The notes below the pieces were generated by a model. That model was given only the letters and a program-made list of their open reading frames with translations, was not told the DNA's origin and did not search any database. 64,000 bases of DNA, taken from the NCBI GenBank assembly GCA_951406725.2, contig OX597837.1, positions 37,820,001-37,884,000 of the forward strand, in the 5' to 3' direction. This DNA is from Octopus vulgaris. Lineage: Eukaryota. Below, one piece after another: positions 44,050 to 56,560 of this stretch (positions are counted from its first letter, which is position 1; every line of letters begins with the position of its first letter). The position numbers and the translations under genes were made by a program.

Positions 44050-44053
<4 letters not shown>
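42691..44053 (+). mobile_element. Decayed DD41D (rosa-type) Tc1/mariner transposon with pseudogenised transposase
   Basis: Imperfect TIRs (ggtgtcccccaaaaatgtatacatacttta / taaagtgtgtatacattgttttgagacacc); motifs WSDEATF, VWCG, GPFFF, FQQD and RSPDLTPLDF; 41 codons between the 2nd and 3rd Asp; stops and frameshifts. Confidence 0.92.
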
Positions 44054-44109
<56 letters not shown>

Positions 44110-44268
44110 ATTAGAGACAAAACCACTATTATGCAAATCAAACAAAGAAAGACTTAAGCCAATACATAAAATAATTTATATAAATTTAGAAATTTAACAA
44201 TTATAAATAACCACTACGATCGTTTCATGTCTTATTTCAGCACATCTTTGAGACATTCTTTGTCTCTA

Positions 44269-44337
<69 letters not shown>

Positions 44338-44657
44338 GACGCGCGTGTTCGCACACACACACGTACACACTCACAACACATATATGCATATACCTATCTC
44401 CTTTAATACCATACATATATAAATGTGTGCAAGTGTGTATATATATGTATATGTTTGTTCCCCCACGATCAGATTTCAACCGATGTTGGTGTGTCTACGT
44501 CTCCGTAGCTTAGCGGTTCCGTAAAAGAGACCGATAAAATAAGTACTGGGCTTAGAAAGAATAAGTCCTGGGGTCGATTTGTTCGACTAAAGACAGTGTG
44601 TCAGCATGGCCGCAGTCAAATGACTGAAGCAATAAAAGAATAAAAGAATATAGATAT

Positions 44658-45070
44658 AGGCGCAGGAGTGGCTGTGTGGTAAGTAGCTTGCTTACCAACC
44701 ACATAGTTTCGGGTTCAGTCCCACTGCGTGGCATCTTGGGCAACTGTCTTCTACTATAACCTCGGGCTGACCAATGGCTTGTGAGTGGATTTGGTAGATG
44801 GAAACTGAAAGAAGCCTGTCGTATATATGTATATATATATGTATGTGTGTGTATATGTTTGTGTATCTGTGTTTGTCCCCCTAGCATTGCTTGACAACCG
44901 ATGCTGGTGTGTTTACGTCCCCGTCACTTAGCGGTTCGGCAAAAGAGACCGATAGAATAAGTACTGGGCTTACAAAGAATAAGTCCAGGGGTCGATTTGC
45001 TCGACTAAAGGCTGTGCTCCAGCATGGCCGCAGTCAAATGACTGAAACAAGTAAAAGAGTAAAAGAGAAT
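44658..45070 (+). mobile_element. SINE family A, full length (preceded by another A 3' half at about 44440-44650)
   Basis: Runs from aggcgcaggagtggctgtgtgg to the tgaaacaagtaaaagag tail. Confidence 0.92.
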
Positions 45071-45097
45071 ATATATATATATATATACACACACACA

Positions 45098-45245
45098 CGT
45101 ATGTGTATGTATGTATGTATGTATGTATGTGTGTATGTATGTGTGTATGTATGTATGTATGTACGTACGTATGTATGTATGTATGTATGTATGTATGTAT
45201 GTATGTGTGTATGTATGTATGTATGTATGTATGTACGTACGTATG

Positions 45246-45279
<34 letters not shown>

Positions 45280-45309
45280 TGTATGTATGTATGTATGTAT
45301 GTATGCATG

Positions 45310-45343
<34 letters not shown>

Positions 45344-45583
45344 CGTACGTATGTATGTATGTATGTATGTATGTGTGTGTATGTATGTATGTATGTATGT
45401 ATGTATGTATGTATGTATGTATGTATGTATGTATGTATGTATGTATGTATGTATGTATGTATGTATGTATGTGTGTATGTATGTATGTATGTATGTATGT
45501 ATGTATGTATGTATGTATGTATGTATGTATGTATTTTTGTATGTATGTATGTATGTATGTATGTATGTATGTATGTATGTATG

Positions 45584-45617
<34 letters not shown>

Positions 45618-45757
45618 TGTATGTATGTATGTGTGTGTGTATGTATGTATGTATGTATGTATGTATGTATGTATGTATGTATTTTTGTATGTATGTATGT
45701 ATGTATGTATGTATGTATGTATGTATGTATGTATGTACGTACGTATGTATGTATGTA
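45098..45757. repeat. (TATG)n microsatellite
   Basis: About 660 bp tetranucleotide tract. Confidence 0.95.
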
Positions 45758-46174
45758 CATTTGCGTGGGATGAAGAGAAACAAGGGAAATAATAAAGAAT
45801 ATATTCACGTAGAGAAGAGTTATTTCCCTTCCAAATCGCTACCGTATTATCAATATATCTTATAGCAAAGTACAATTTCCTTCTTCCTTTTTCTTCCTCC
45901 AGTTTCACCTTAATTCTTTCTCCCAACAATTCCAGTCACGTTCTTTCAGTCCCCTCATTTCCCCTCCTTATCCCATTTTCTTCTCATTTATCTTTTTTCT
46001 GTCCCCCCCTACCCCTGTTTTGTTTTTCTCTCTATGTCACTGTCTTTCATTTTCTCTCTCTCTCTCTCTCTCTCTTTCCTTCACTTCTCTTAATTGCCTC
46101 ATGTCTTTCCCTTCATTGTCTCTACCTCTCTGTTTCTTTCTCTTCCACTCTCATATCTATCTATCTATCTATCC

Positions 46175-46260
<86 letters not shown>

Positions 46261-46299
46261 TTATCTATCTATCTATCTGTCTGTCTGTCTGTCTGTCTA

Positions 46300-46349
<50 letters not shown>

Positions 46350-46424
46350 CATCCATCCATCCATCCATCCATCCATGTATCTAGCTATCTAACATACACA
46401 CACACACGCACGCACGTGTATATA

Positions 46425-46490
<66 letters not shown>

Positions 46491-46542
46491 TGTATGTATG
46501 TATGTATGTATGTATTATGTATGTATGTATGTATGTATGTAT

Positions 46543-46770
46543 GTGGAGGCGCAATGGCCCAGTGGTTAGGGCAGCGGACTCGCGGTCGTAGGATAGCGTT
46601 GGTGGTGATCCCTTCTGTACTCTTTCGCCACTACTTTCTCTCACTCTTTCTTCTGTTGGCCTGCTTCGCTTAGCCAGCGGGGTAGCGTCATTTGAAGGCT
46701 AAAACAATGCGAAGCGCATTGTGACCAGCGATGTGAAGCAACATCTGATAGCGTGGTCGGTCACGGTGGT
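46543..46770 (+). mobile_element. SINE with internally deleted D head and a third tail type
   Basis: gtggaggcgcaatggcccagtggttagggcagcggactcgcggtcgtaggat, then a novel tail after ctctttcttc. Confidence 0.75.
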
Positions 46771-46830
46771 CACGTTGATATATATATATATACACACACA
46801 CACACAATATAAATACAGACATGTTTATAA

Positions 46831-46921
<91 letters not shown>

Positions 46922-47031
46922 TGGGGAGTTTTATCATGGCTTCCGAATAATTGTCACATTACATTTACAAATAAATTCTTCTATTTACATGATATCGAGG
47001 TCTCTTTCATTCTTTTGTTGTCTTACCATTT

Positions 47032-47098
<67 letters not shown>

Positions 47099-47146
47099 CC
47101 TATCTACCTACCTACCTACCTACCTACCTACCTACCTACCTACCTA

Positions 47147-47187
<41 letters not shown>

Positions 47188-47874
47188 ATATATATATATA
47201 TATATATACACTCACACACACACGTTCACACGCAGACCAAGAACAGAAGAAAAATATAACAAGCAAGCAAACATACAAATAAACAAAAACAAAAAAAAAA
47301 TGCAAAGAAATGCAACGTTTTTGAAATAAACTATTTAAAATAACGAAACGACTTTAAACCGGGCGATGACGATTTTTTTCATTCGTAGCGTTATTCCCAC
47401 GATCCCTCCCGGCTAAATGCAAAACGTGACAACAATGCATCGAACGTTGTCACCATTCTCTTCAGATGAGGAGGCGGCAATGTGATGAGAGAGATTAAGG
47501 ATTGCCATTGTTCCAAACACTGAGAAGTAATAAAGGAAAATGAAAAAAGATTCTTTAATTAAAAAGATTAAACTCCATTACGATCGTGCCTTCAACATAC
47601 ATACATATATACACTCCCATACATACATACATACATACATACATAAATACATACATACATACATACACATAGTTATATGTAGCTGAATGCATACATATAC
47701 ACACACTTCTGTATGTATACACTCACACACACACACACATATAAAGTATATGTATATATACATATATACACACATATAAGCGTGAACATATACATGTACA
47801 CTCTTTCTCTCCCTCTCTCCCTCTCTCCGGCTCTTCTTCCCTCTGTCTCCTCCCCTCCCCTCTCTCTATGTATA

Positions 47875-47920
<46 letters not shown>

Positions 47921-48062
47921 TGTATATGTATGTATGTATGTATGTATGTATATGTATATATATATATATATATATATAAACAAGTTTGTGATGCAAACAG
48001 GAAATGCTGAACTCAAAACATGAGTATGAGTATCTATATATAATTTTATTCTAATATCTAAG

Positions 48063-48158
48063 AGAAGCTACAGAGAGACTCAAGGGCCAAAAGTTTCGTG
48101 CGTTGGAACTTATCAGACCACACGAAACTCTCGGCCCTTCAGTCTCTCTGTTACTTCT
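48063..48158. repeat. 38-bp inverted repeat (hairpin / tiny MITE)
   Basis: 48063-48100 pairs with 48121-48158 with about 5 mismatches. Confidence 0.85.
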
Positions 48159-48184
48159 TATATATATATATATATATATATATA

Positions 48185-48345
48185 TGTTTCTCTCCTTGTT
48201 TTTTTCTGTGTCTCTTTCTGTAGAAGAGCGTAGGCTCGAAACGTAAAAGGCTTTTTCTATTCCTGAGCGTTATACTAATACATCTGTTTGTTTTGTACAC
48301 CACCTGTCTTCGTCTTTTGTTTTTTTCGTAAACTATCCCTATATA
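48185..48345 (+). mobile_element. Hammerhead-bearing cassette flanked by (TA)n
   Basis: cttt-CTGTAGA-A-GAGC-gtag-GCTC-GAAAC-GTA-aaag at 48214-48249; homologous to 2620-2790. Confidence 0.75.
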
Positions 48346-48462
48346 TATATATCTGCCGAAATTGCGAGGATGATCCGGTTCTTGACTGAAGATTAGAGGC
48401 TTCGAATGACCCGTCCGTTTTTTGTGTTGTCTATTTGAGTGTTTTGCGTTCTTGTCCCATTT

Positions 48463-48518
<56 letters not shown>

Positions 48519-49389
48519 GTATATGTATGTATGTTAATATCCTTAGTCGTATCTCATTTGTCTAAGTCTTTGAATTCAACTGAAACGCCACTTTGAATAT
48601 TTTGCAAAGATTCGTTGATATAGAAACGAATTCTTGGATCGAAACCTGTTCCGATTCGCAAGTAAAATATGCAATAATCTATTTTAAAAACACATATATT
48701 TTTTCGCAAGCGTTGCTATTTATCCTCGAGAATTACGGCTGAAACGTTAAATTCATCTGAAGTGGAAAAATAGGGAATTCTTTACAGCGCCCGGCCCAGA
48801 AATCGAAACCACGATTTCACAACTGTGAGTGCAACACCCCTAACCACTAAGCCACTCTCCTTCTAATATCAAATTTGAAGTAAAACTGTCGTAATTATAT
48901 ATATAAAAAAACGCATTAGATTTTATAATTAGCCAAACTGTAACTATTCGTTGCGAAACCGCTTGTGACATCTCTCAGAACCCCGAAATTTAGGGGATCG
49001 AAGTATAGAATATTTAAGTTCTGTTTTGAGGTATAAGAATCATAGGGTCGGTTCTCCGGGTTTTGTGGTATATCAGTGGCCGAGGTGACAACATTCGTAT
49101 TCAAAGGGAAGTGAGGCGGTCACGAAATTACCGATTTACGGCCAAGAGGACTGGAGCAATGTGGCATGAAATGTCTTGCTCAGGAATACAAGGCACCACC
49201 CGGTCCAGGTATTGAAACCAGGATCTTACGATCATGAGTGCTACATGTTAACCACTTGGTCACGTGCCTTCGCAGGGGAATGAAGCGGTTTCGAGAGACA
49301 AGTTACGGCAGGCCCTTATTAGGGTGCACGGGCCAAAGGTGTTGGTGATTGTAGTTACGAGTGTCATGAGTATACTCTCTGAAGCTTAA

Positions 49390-49700
49390 GGCCCACGGCT
49401 TAATGGTTAGGGTTTTCGGCACACGATCGTGAGTTCGTGAGATCGATTCCTGTGCCTTTGAGCATAACATTTTATTTTCACATTGCCAAGGTCCACTCAG
49501 CTGGCAGAAATAAACAGTTCTTGTAATTCAAGGGGCCAGCCTTGTAACATTCTGTGCCACGCTGAATCTCCCTGAGAACTACGTTAAGGGAACGCCTGCT
49601 GTCTGTGGAGTACTCAGCCACTTGCACGTTAATTTCACGCGCAGGCTGTTCCGTTGATCGGATCAACTGGACCACTTGTCGTCACAACCGGAGAAGTGTT
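49390..49700 (+). mobile_element. SINE with E-type head/CORE-like segment and D-type tail
   Basis: ttgagcataacattttattt...cagctgg followed by gagaactacgttaaggg...gatcggatcaac. Confidence 0.7.
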
Positions 49701-50595
49701 AGTACGGTAAATGTAGTAAGACAAGAGTGACGGGTATTTTAAGTCTAGAGAAGAGAAAAGTAACGAGGTCCCAGAAGCATAAGAAACCATTGCTAGCGGG
49801 GTTTTAAAATATGAAGGACAGAGTACACTGGATAATGTATGTAGTTGTAGATATTAGTATGGTTAAATACCATATTGGATGGGTATGATTGGATCGTCAC
49901 ACTCTTGACCATAGGTCTGCAGTAAAATGATAAAAAACAAAACAAAACAAAAAACAGCAAAAACGATAAAATAAAGTAAACAGCACTCTACTGCTGCAGC
50001 ATCAGTGGTAGGTTGCTGTTTCGTTACAGAAATAAACACGTTTTGTACTTACATGAATCACTAAGTGATCATACTGGCGCTGCTCTCTCAGGTTCTGTTG
50101 GGTATCTGTAGTACACACGTTCACACAAGTCCACACACTACATATACGTATATACATTTATGTATATAAATGTATATATACATATATATGTATGGTGATT
50201 TGCTTGCTTGTCGGCGCTGTGTGTCGATGATCGGTATTGTGAGACCCAGCTCTGTATCATATCATAGAGTCCTCTCCATACTTCCTGGAAACAAGCAAAA
50301 CAAAGGCAAAATATTAATTAAAGATGCAAAAATAGACACGTATGTGAGTTTGTACACACACACAGACACACACACACAAGCATGTATATGCAATCGTATA
50401 TATATATATATTTCTCTCTCATACACTCGCTCTATCTCTTCCTTTCTCTGTCTGTCTGTCTGTTTCTGGATATATATTAACGAACGCATAAGTATAATAA
50501 TTTACATTCATAAATTTGACAAATTAAGGCGGTGCTCCAGCATGGCCGTAGTCAAATGACTGAAACAAGTGAAAAAATAAAAGAGTAAAAATATA

Positions 50596-52272
50596 TATTT
50601 CTTTATTGCCACAAGGGGCTAAACATAGAGGTGACAAACAAGGCCATACAAAGGGATTAAGTCGATTACATCGACCCCAGTGTGTAACAGGTACTTAATT
50701 TATCGACCCCGAAAGGATGAAAGGAAAAGTCGACCTCGGCGGAATTTGAACTCAGAACATAATGGCAGACGAAATACCTATTTCTTTACTACCCACAAGG
50801 GGCTAAACACAGTGGGGACAAACAAGGACAGGCATATGTATTAAGTCGATTACATTGACCCCAGTGCGTAACTGGTACTTTATCTATCGACTCCGAAAGG
50901 ATGAAAGGCAAAGTCAACCTCGGCGGAATTTGAACTCAGAACGTAACGGCAGACGAAATACCTATTTCTTTACTATCCACAAGGGGCTAAACATAGAGGG
51001 GACAAGCAAGGACAGACAAAGGGATTAAGTCGATTATATCGACCCCCAGTGCGTAACTGGTGCTTAATTTATCGACCCCGAAAAGATGAAAGGCAAAGTC
51101 GACCTCGGCGGAATTTGAACTCAGAACGTAACGGCAGACGAAATACCTATTTCTTTATTACCCACAAGGGGCTAAACACAGAAGGGACAAACAAGGACAG
51201 ACAAACGGATTAAGTCGATTAGATCGACCCCAGTGCGTAACTGGTACTTAATTTATCGACCCCGAAAGGATGAAAAGCAAAGTCGACCTCGGCGGAATTT
51301 GAACTCAGAACGTAACGGCAGACGAAATACCTATTTCTTTATTACCCACAAGGGGCTAAACACAGAGGGGACAAACATGGACAGACAAAGGGATTAAGTC
51401 GATTATATCGACCCAAGTGCGTAACTGGTGCTTAATTTATCGACTCCGAAAGGATGAAAGGCAAAGTCGACCTCGGCGGAATTTGAACTCAGGACGTAAC
51501 GGAAGACGAAATACCTATTTCTTTACTACCCACAAGGGGCTAAACACAGTGGGGACAAACAAGGACAGGCATATGTATTAAGTCGATTACATTGACCCCA
51601 GTGCGTAACTGGTACTTTATCTATCGACTCCGAAAGGATGAAAGGCAAAGTCAACCTCGGCGGAATTTGAACTCAGAACGTAACGGCAGACGAAATACCT
51701 ATTTCTTTACTATCCACAAGGGGCTAAACATAGAGGGGACAAACAAGGACAGACAAAGGGATTAAGTCGATTATATCGACCCCCAGTGGGTAACTGGTGC
51801 TTAATTTATCGACCCCGAAAAGATGAAAGGCAAAGTCGACCTCGGCGGAATTTGAACTCAGAACGTAACGGCAGACGAAATACCTATTTCTTTATTACCC
51901 ACAAGGGGCTAAACACAGAAGGGACAAACAAGGACAGACAAACGGATTAAGTCGATTAGATCGACCCCAGTGCGTAACTGGTACTTAATTTATCGACCCC
52001 GAAAGGATGAAAAGCAAAGTCGACCTCGGCGGAATTTGAACTCAGAACGTAACGGCAGACGAAATACCTATTTCTTTATTACCCACAAGGGGCTAAACAC
52101 AGAGGGGACAAACATGGACAGACAAAGGGATTAAGTCGATTATATCGACCCAAGTGCGTAACTGGTGCTTAATTTATCGACTCCGAAAGGATGAAAGGCA
52201 AAGTCGACCTCGGCGGAATTTGAACTCAGAACGTAACGGCAGACGAAAATACCGCTAAGCATTTCGCCCGGC
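50596..52272 (-). mobile_element. SINE family B nonamer array
   Basis: Nine units of about 184 bp (starts at about 50597, 50779, 50963, 51148, 51332, 51516, 51700, 51885, 52069), one partial head, 16-bp flanking duplication aaagagtaaaaatata. Confidence 0.95.
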
Positions 52273-52663
52273 AAAGAGTAAAAATATAATTGCGAAACGT
52301 AAAACTAAAGCGTAGATTCAGCTGACATTTTAAACGAAGTTATTTCGGTAGTTTGTTTCGAGGGAAGTCTGTCTGCGCGTTTATATACGTATGTGATTAT
52401 TTTCAAGTCCACGCATTTGTTATGAATGAATGCCTTGCTTTTGTTGCTAAGTGCTGTCTGTTTGTCTGTCTGGTTCTATGTCTACATGTATGTTTGTATG
52501 AATGTATGTATGTAGTGTCGGATTTAGGACAAATGAGGCCATATTCTAGTTAATTTGTGAGGCCCCTTACTTGGATAGGTGCGCCGTTGACCAGGGGCTC
52601 CTTACAGTGCCCCCTGGTCAACAGGACCCTGTGCTTAAGCACACCCAAGTACAATGGTAAATC

Positions 52664-52894
52664 CGGCGAGCTGGCAGAATCGTTAGCACGCCGGGCGAAA
52701 TGCGTAGCCGTATATTTCGTCTGCCGTTACGTTCTGAGTTCAAATTCTGCCTAGGTCGACTTTGCCTTTCATCCTTTCGGAGTCGATAAATTAAGGACTA
52801 GTTACCCACTGGGGTCAATGTAATCGACTTAATCCGTTTGTCTGTCCTTGTTTGTCACCTCTGTGTTTAGCCCCTTGTGGCCAGTAAAGAAATA
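52664..52894 (+). mobile_element. SINE family B monomer
   Basis: ggcgagctggcagaatcgttagcacg head, B-box-like gagttcaaatt, ends taaagaaata. Confidence 0.9.
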
Positions 52895-52949
52895 GGTACT
52901 GTATGTATGTATGTATGTATGTATGTATGTATGTATGTATGTATGTATG

Positions 52950-53072
52950 TCATTATTCAGTTTATTTCAAGATTTCTTGCCAATAGAGAAAGAACTGGTT
53001 TCTAACCAAGATCCAAGACTCCTTCATTGGAATTTCAACATCAACAACAGAGTATTTTTGTATGTATGTATG

Positions 53073-53106
<34 letters not shown>

Positions 53107-53254
53107 TGTATGTATGTATGTATGTATGTATGTATGTATGTATGTGTATCATTATTCAGTTTATTTAAAGATTCCTTGCCAATAGAGTAAGAACTGGTTT
53201 CTAACCTAGATGAAATCTCTTTCACTGGAATTTCAACATCAACAGGATATTTTT
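52950..53254. repeat. Two copies of a ~110-bp element embedded in (TATG)n; third copy at 61016-61125
   Basis: tcattattcagtttatt...tggaatttcaacatcaac...tattttt with the same ends in all three copies. Confidence 0.85.
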
Positions 53255-54812
53255 GTATGTTTATGTATGTATGTATGTATGTATGTATGTATGTATGTAT
53301 GTATGTATGTATGTATGTATGTATGTATGTATGTGCAAATTTGCATCATTTATGTATGTATTCTCATGCATATATTTGCATATCTAGACATGTTCATATA
53401 TATTTAAATGAGAAACTTCTGGAAAGTTTTACAGATTTTTACAGTTCCAGTGATGGATTCGATCTGTAGTCTTCGAAGTAGCTTTCTCCTTTCTGGTTTT
53501 GAGAAACCTAATTTCTCAAGATTGGTACTTAGACAGTGTGTTGCATATCCCAGGTCCCCAATAATTGCACGTGAAACATGTATGTATGTATGTGTCTTTT
53601 CGAATGAAAATATGTGTTGTTACTTCGGCGTTGCTTTAATCATCTTTGTCATTCAGAAAAAAGGTGACAATGTTCCGTAACACGTTGGTATAATAACGAA
53701 AATAATCAGGTTTTAGGGTTGCCGTAATCAGATTTGCAGGAAAATATTTTAAGCGCGAGAGTTTGCATTCGAGAGTACGCAAGTTAAAAAACATTGTATC
53801 TCGACTATGAAGTGATTTGTTATAAGTATCCTCCTCCTCCTCCTCCTCCTACCCTCTTGTAAAATATTCTTCTCCCCAACCCTCATAATCCCCCCCATCT
53901 TTCTCATCATCATCATAACCACCACCATCGCCGCTGCCGCCACCACCAGCACCACCACCACCAGCACCACCACCTCCAGCACCAGCACCACCACCACCAG
54001 CACCACCACCACCAGCACCACCACTAGCATCACCACCATCGCCGCCGCCGCCGCCGCCGCCACCACCAGCACCACCACCACCAGAACCACCACCACCACC
54101 AGCACCAGCACCAGCACCAGCACCTGCACCAGCACCAGCACCACCACTAGCATTATCACCATCGCCGCCTTCGCCGCCTTCGCCACAAGCACCAGCACCA
54201 TCACCACCATCACTACCATCACCACCACCATCATTATCACCACCACCACCACCATTGCCGCCACCGCCGCCGCCACCACCACCACCACCATCACCACCAC
54301 CAGCTTCGCCACCGCCAATTTCACGCAACCTCGCTGCAACGCCAGCAACACCGCCACGTCGGAATACCACTGTACAATAACCACCAAAAATACCCAACAT
54401 CGATTCTTCCTCTACACCACCACCACCACCACACTACAACGACCACGTTATCGACGACGACGACGACGACGGCTAGAGTGGCCATCACCAATATCAGCCC
54501 CCATCACTACTATCACTACCATCAACACCAACACCAACGTTATCACCACAAAACGCCATTAACGCCACCTTCGCCACCACCTCTATCATCGCCATCATCA
54601 CCACCACTATCACCACCGCCACCACCAGCGCCGACGCCACCGCTATCTTCTCTCCCACCACCACCACCACCACTGTCTTTACACAACTGCAATATGTCAC
54701 GTGATATTGATTATTCCCGAAAGACTCGGATGAATTGGAGCGGGGGCGGCGAGAGTGGGCCATGTGTGTGTGTGTGTGTATGTGTGTGTCCATGAATATG
54801 TGTAAGTACACA

Positions 54813-54858
<46 letters not shown>

Positions 54859-55027
54859 AGACTGACCCTGTACGCTTCTGCATAATGCATGTGTATGTAT
54901 GTATGTGTTTGTGTGTGCCACGAATATCTTTATATATTTATATATACATACGAATGTATATATGTATATATGTATATATGTATATATGGGTATTTGCATA
55001 CATGGGAATGTTTGAGTGTATGTGTGC

Positions 55028-55066
<39 letters not shown>

Positions 55067-55723
55067 TATGTATGTATGTATGTACGTACACTTGTATGTA
55101 TGTATACCTGCTTGCATTTGTGTACGTGTGTATGTCTACATGTATGTATGTGCGTCTGTCTGTATGTACGTATATTAGCATTGATGCACATCCGTGTGTG
55201 AGTATGTGTGTTTGTGTGTGTGTATGAGAGATAGTGAACCTGTACGTTTCTATATATATGTATACATACCTATGGAAGCGTGTTTGCGTAGATGCGAATG
55301 TTTAAGTGTGTGTGTATGTGTTTATGTGTGTGTATGTGCGTGTGTGTATGTGTGTGTATGTTGCGGAGCTTCCACTTACGTATCTAAATGTAAAGTAATG
55401 CATATATGTCATATATGTAAGTATGTGTGTATGTATGTATCTATCTATTTATGTATGTATGTATGTATGTATGTATGTATGTATGTATGTATGTATGTAT
55501 GTATGTATGTATGTATGTATGTATGTATGTATGTATGTATGTACGTATGTATGTACGTACGTACGTATGTATGTATGTGTAAGCCTTCAATGTATGTATG
55601 TATATATGTATGTATATATGTATGCATGTACGTATGTGTTTATGTGCGAAGTAATATTGTCAAAAATAGAGCCATTAACAGCCTAATGATACGCACAGAC
55701 AACCACACACACACTCACACGAC

Positions 55724-55770
<47 letters not shown>

Positions 55771-56524
55771 ATATACACAGTAATATCTAGTTGAATCTAT
55801 TGATCTAGAACATTCTATGTCACATTCCACAGCTATATGTCATTATACACACTCTTTACTTTACCTCCTATCACCACCATCACCATCACCACCACCACCA
55901 CCACCACCACCACAGCCTTCATCACCATCACCACCATCATCACCATCACCACCACCACTGCCTTCATCTCCGCTACCACCACCACTACTGTGGCACGACT
56001 GCCGCCCCCGTCATCGCCCTCACGTCTCTGACTGCCTTTTACTATTACTACATCTTTCTCTCGTTTTCTCTCTCTCTCTCTTTCTGTCTTTTCTCTCTCT
56101 CTCTCTTTCTGTCTTTTCTTTCTCTCTATCTTTCTGTCTTTTTTCTCTCTCTCTCTCTCTCTCTTTGTCCCTCTCTCTTATTCTCTTCTCTCCTTTTCTT
56201 TCTTTTTACCTATTGCATCTATTCTTTCTTTCCTTCTTTTTCTACTATGTCGCCCTCCTCGACTACTCCCCCTCTCACTGTGCAACACCTCCTCTTCATC
56301 ACCCCTCTCTCTCACCTTCATGCCTTCTCCCAACACCCTGCCACCATCATCCCTTCTTTACTATCCCTCCCCTGTCCCCCCTCTCTCTCTCTCTCTCTCT
56401 CTCAACAACACTTTCTCTCACCGCCACGCCGCGGTGTCTCTAACTACCTTTCACCACAATTCATATTATTACCATCTCTTTGTCCTCTTTCTCCCTCCTT
56501 TACTAACTCTCTCTGTCTCCTACG

Positions 56525-56560
<36 letters not shown>

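Noticed and set aside
44205-44255. Hammerhead-like GAAACGATCGTA on the minus strand
   Set aside because: The core reads CTCAAAGA and stem I does not pair.
44891-45929. Long ORFs (up to 324 aa) such as MYVC/YIHT repeats, also poly-I/N/T/P ORFs elsewhere
   Set aside because: They are translations of stop-free microsatellites, open in several frames and strands, with no protein-like complexity.
50779-50962. Hammerhead retrozyme as the explanation of the 184-bp tandem unit
   Set aside because: I found no CUGANGA...GAAA core on either strand of the unit; other ribozyme classes cannot be excluded by eye.
50596-52272. CRISPR-like array
   Set aside because: Units are wholly homologous with no unique spacers, there are no cas genes, and the context is eukaryotic.
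53849-54400. Gly/Ala-rich structural protein ORF (also 13693-14475 and 23895-24556)
   Set aside because: It is a (CAC/CAG/CGC)n trinucleotide tract with no signal peptide or splice evidence.
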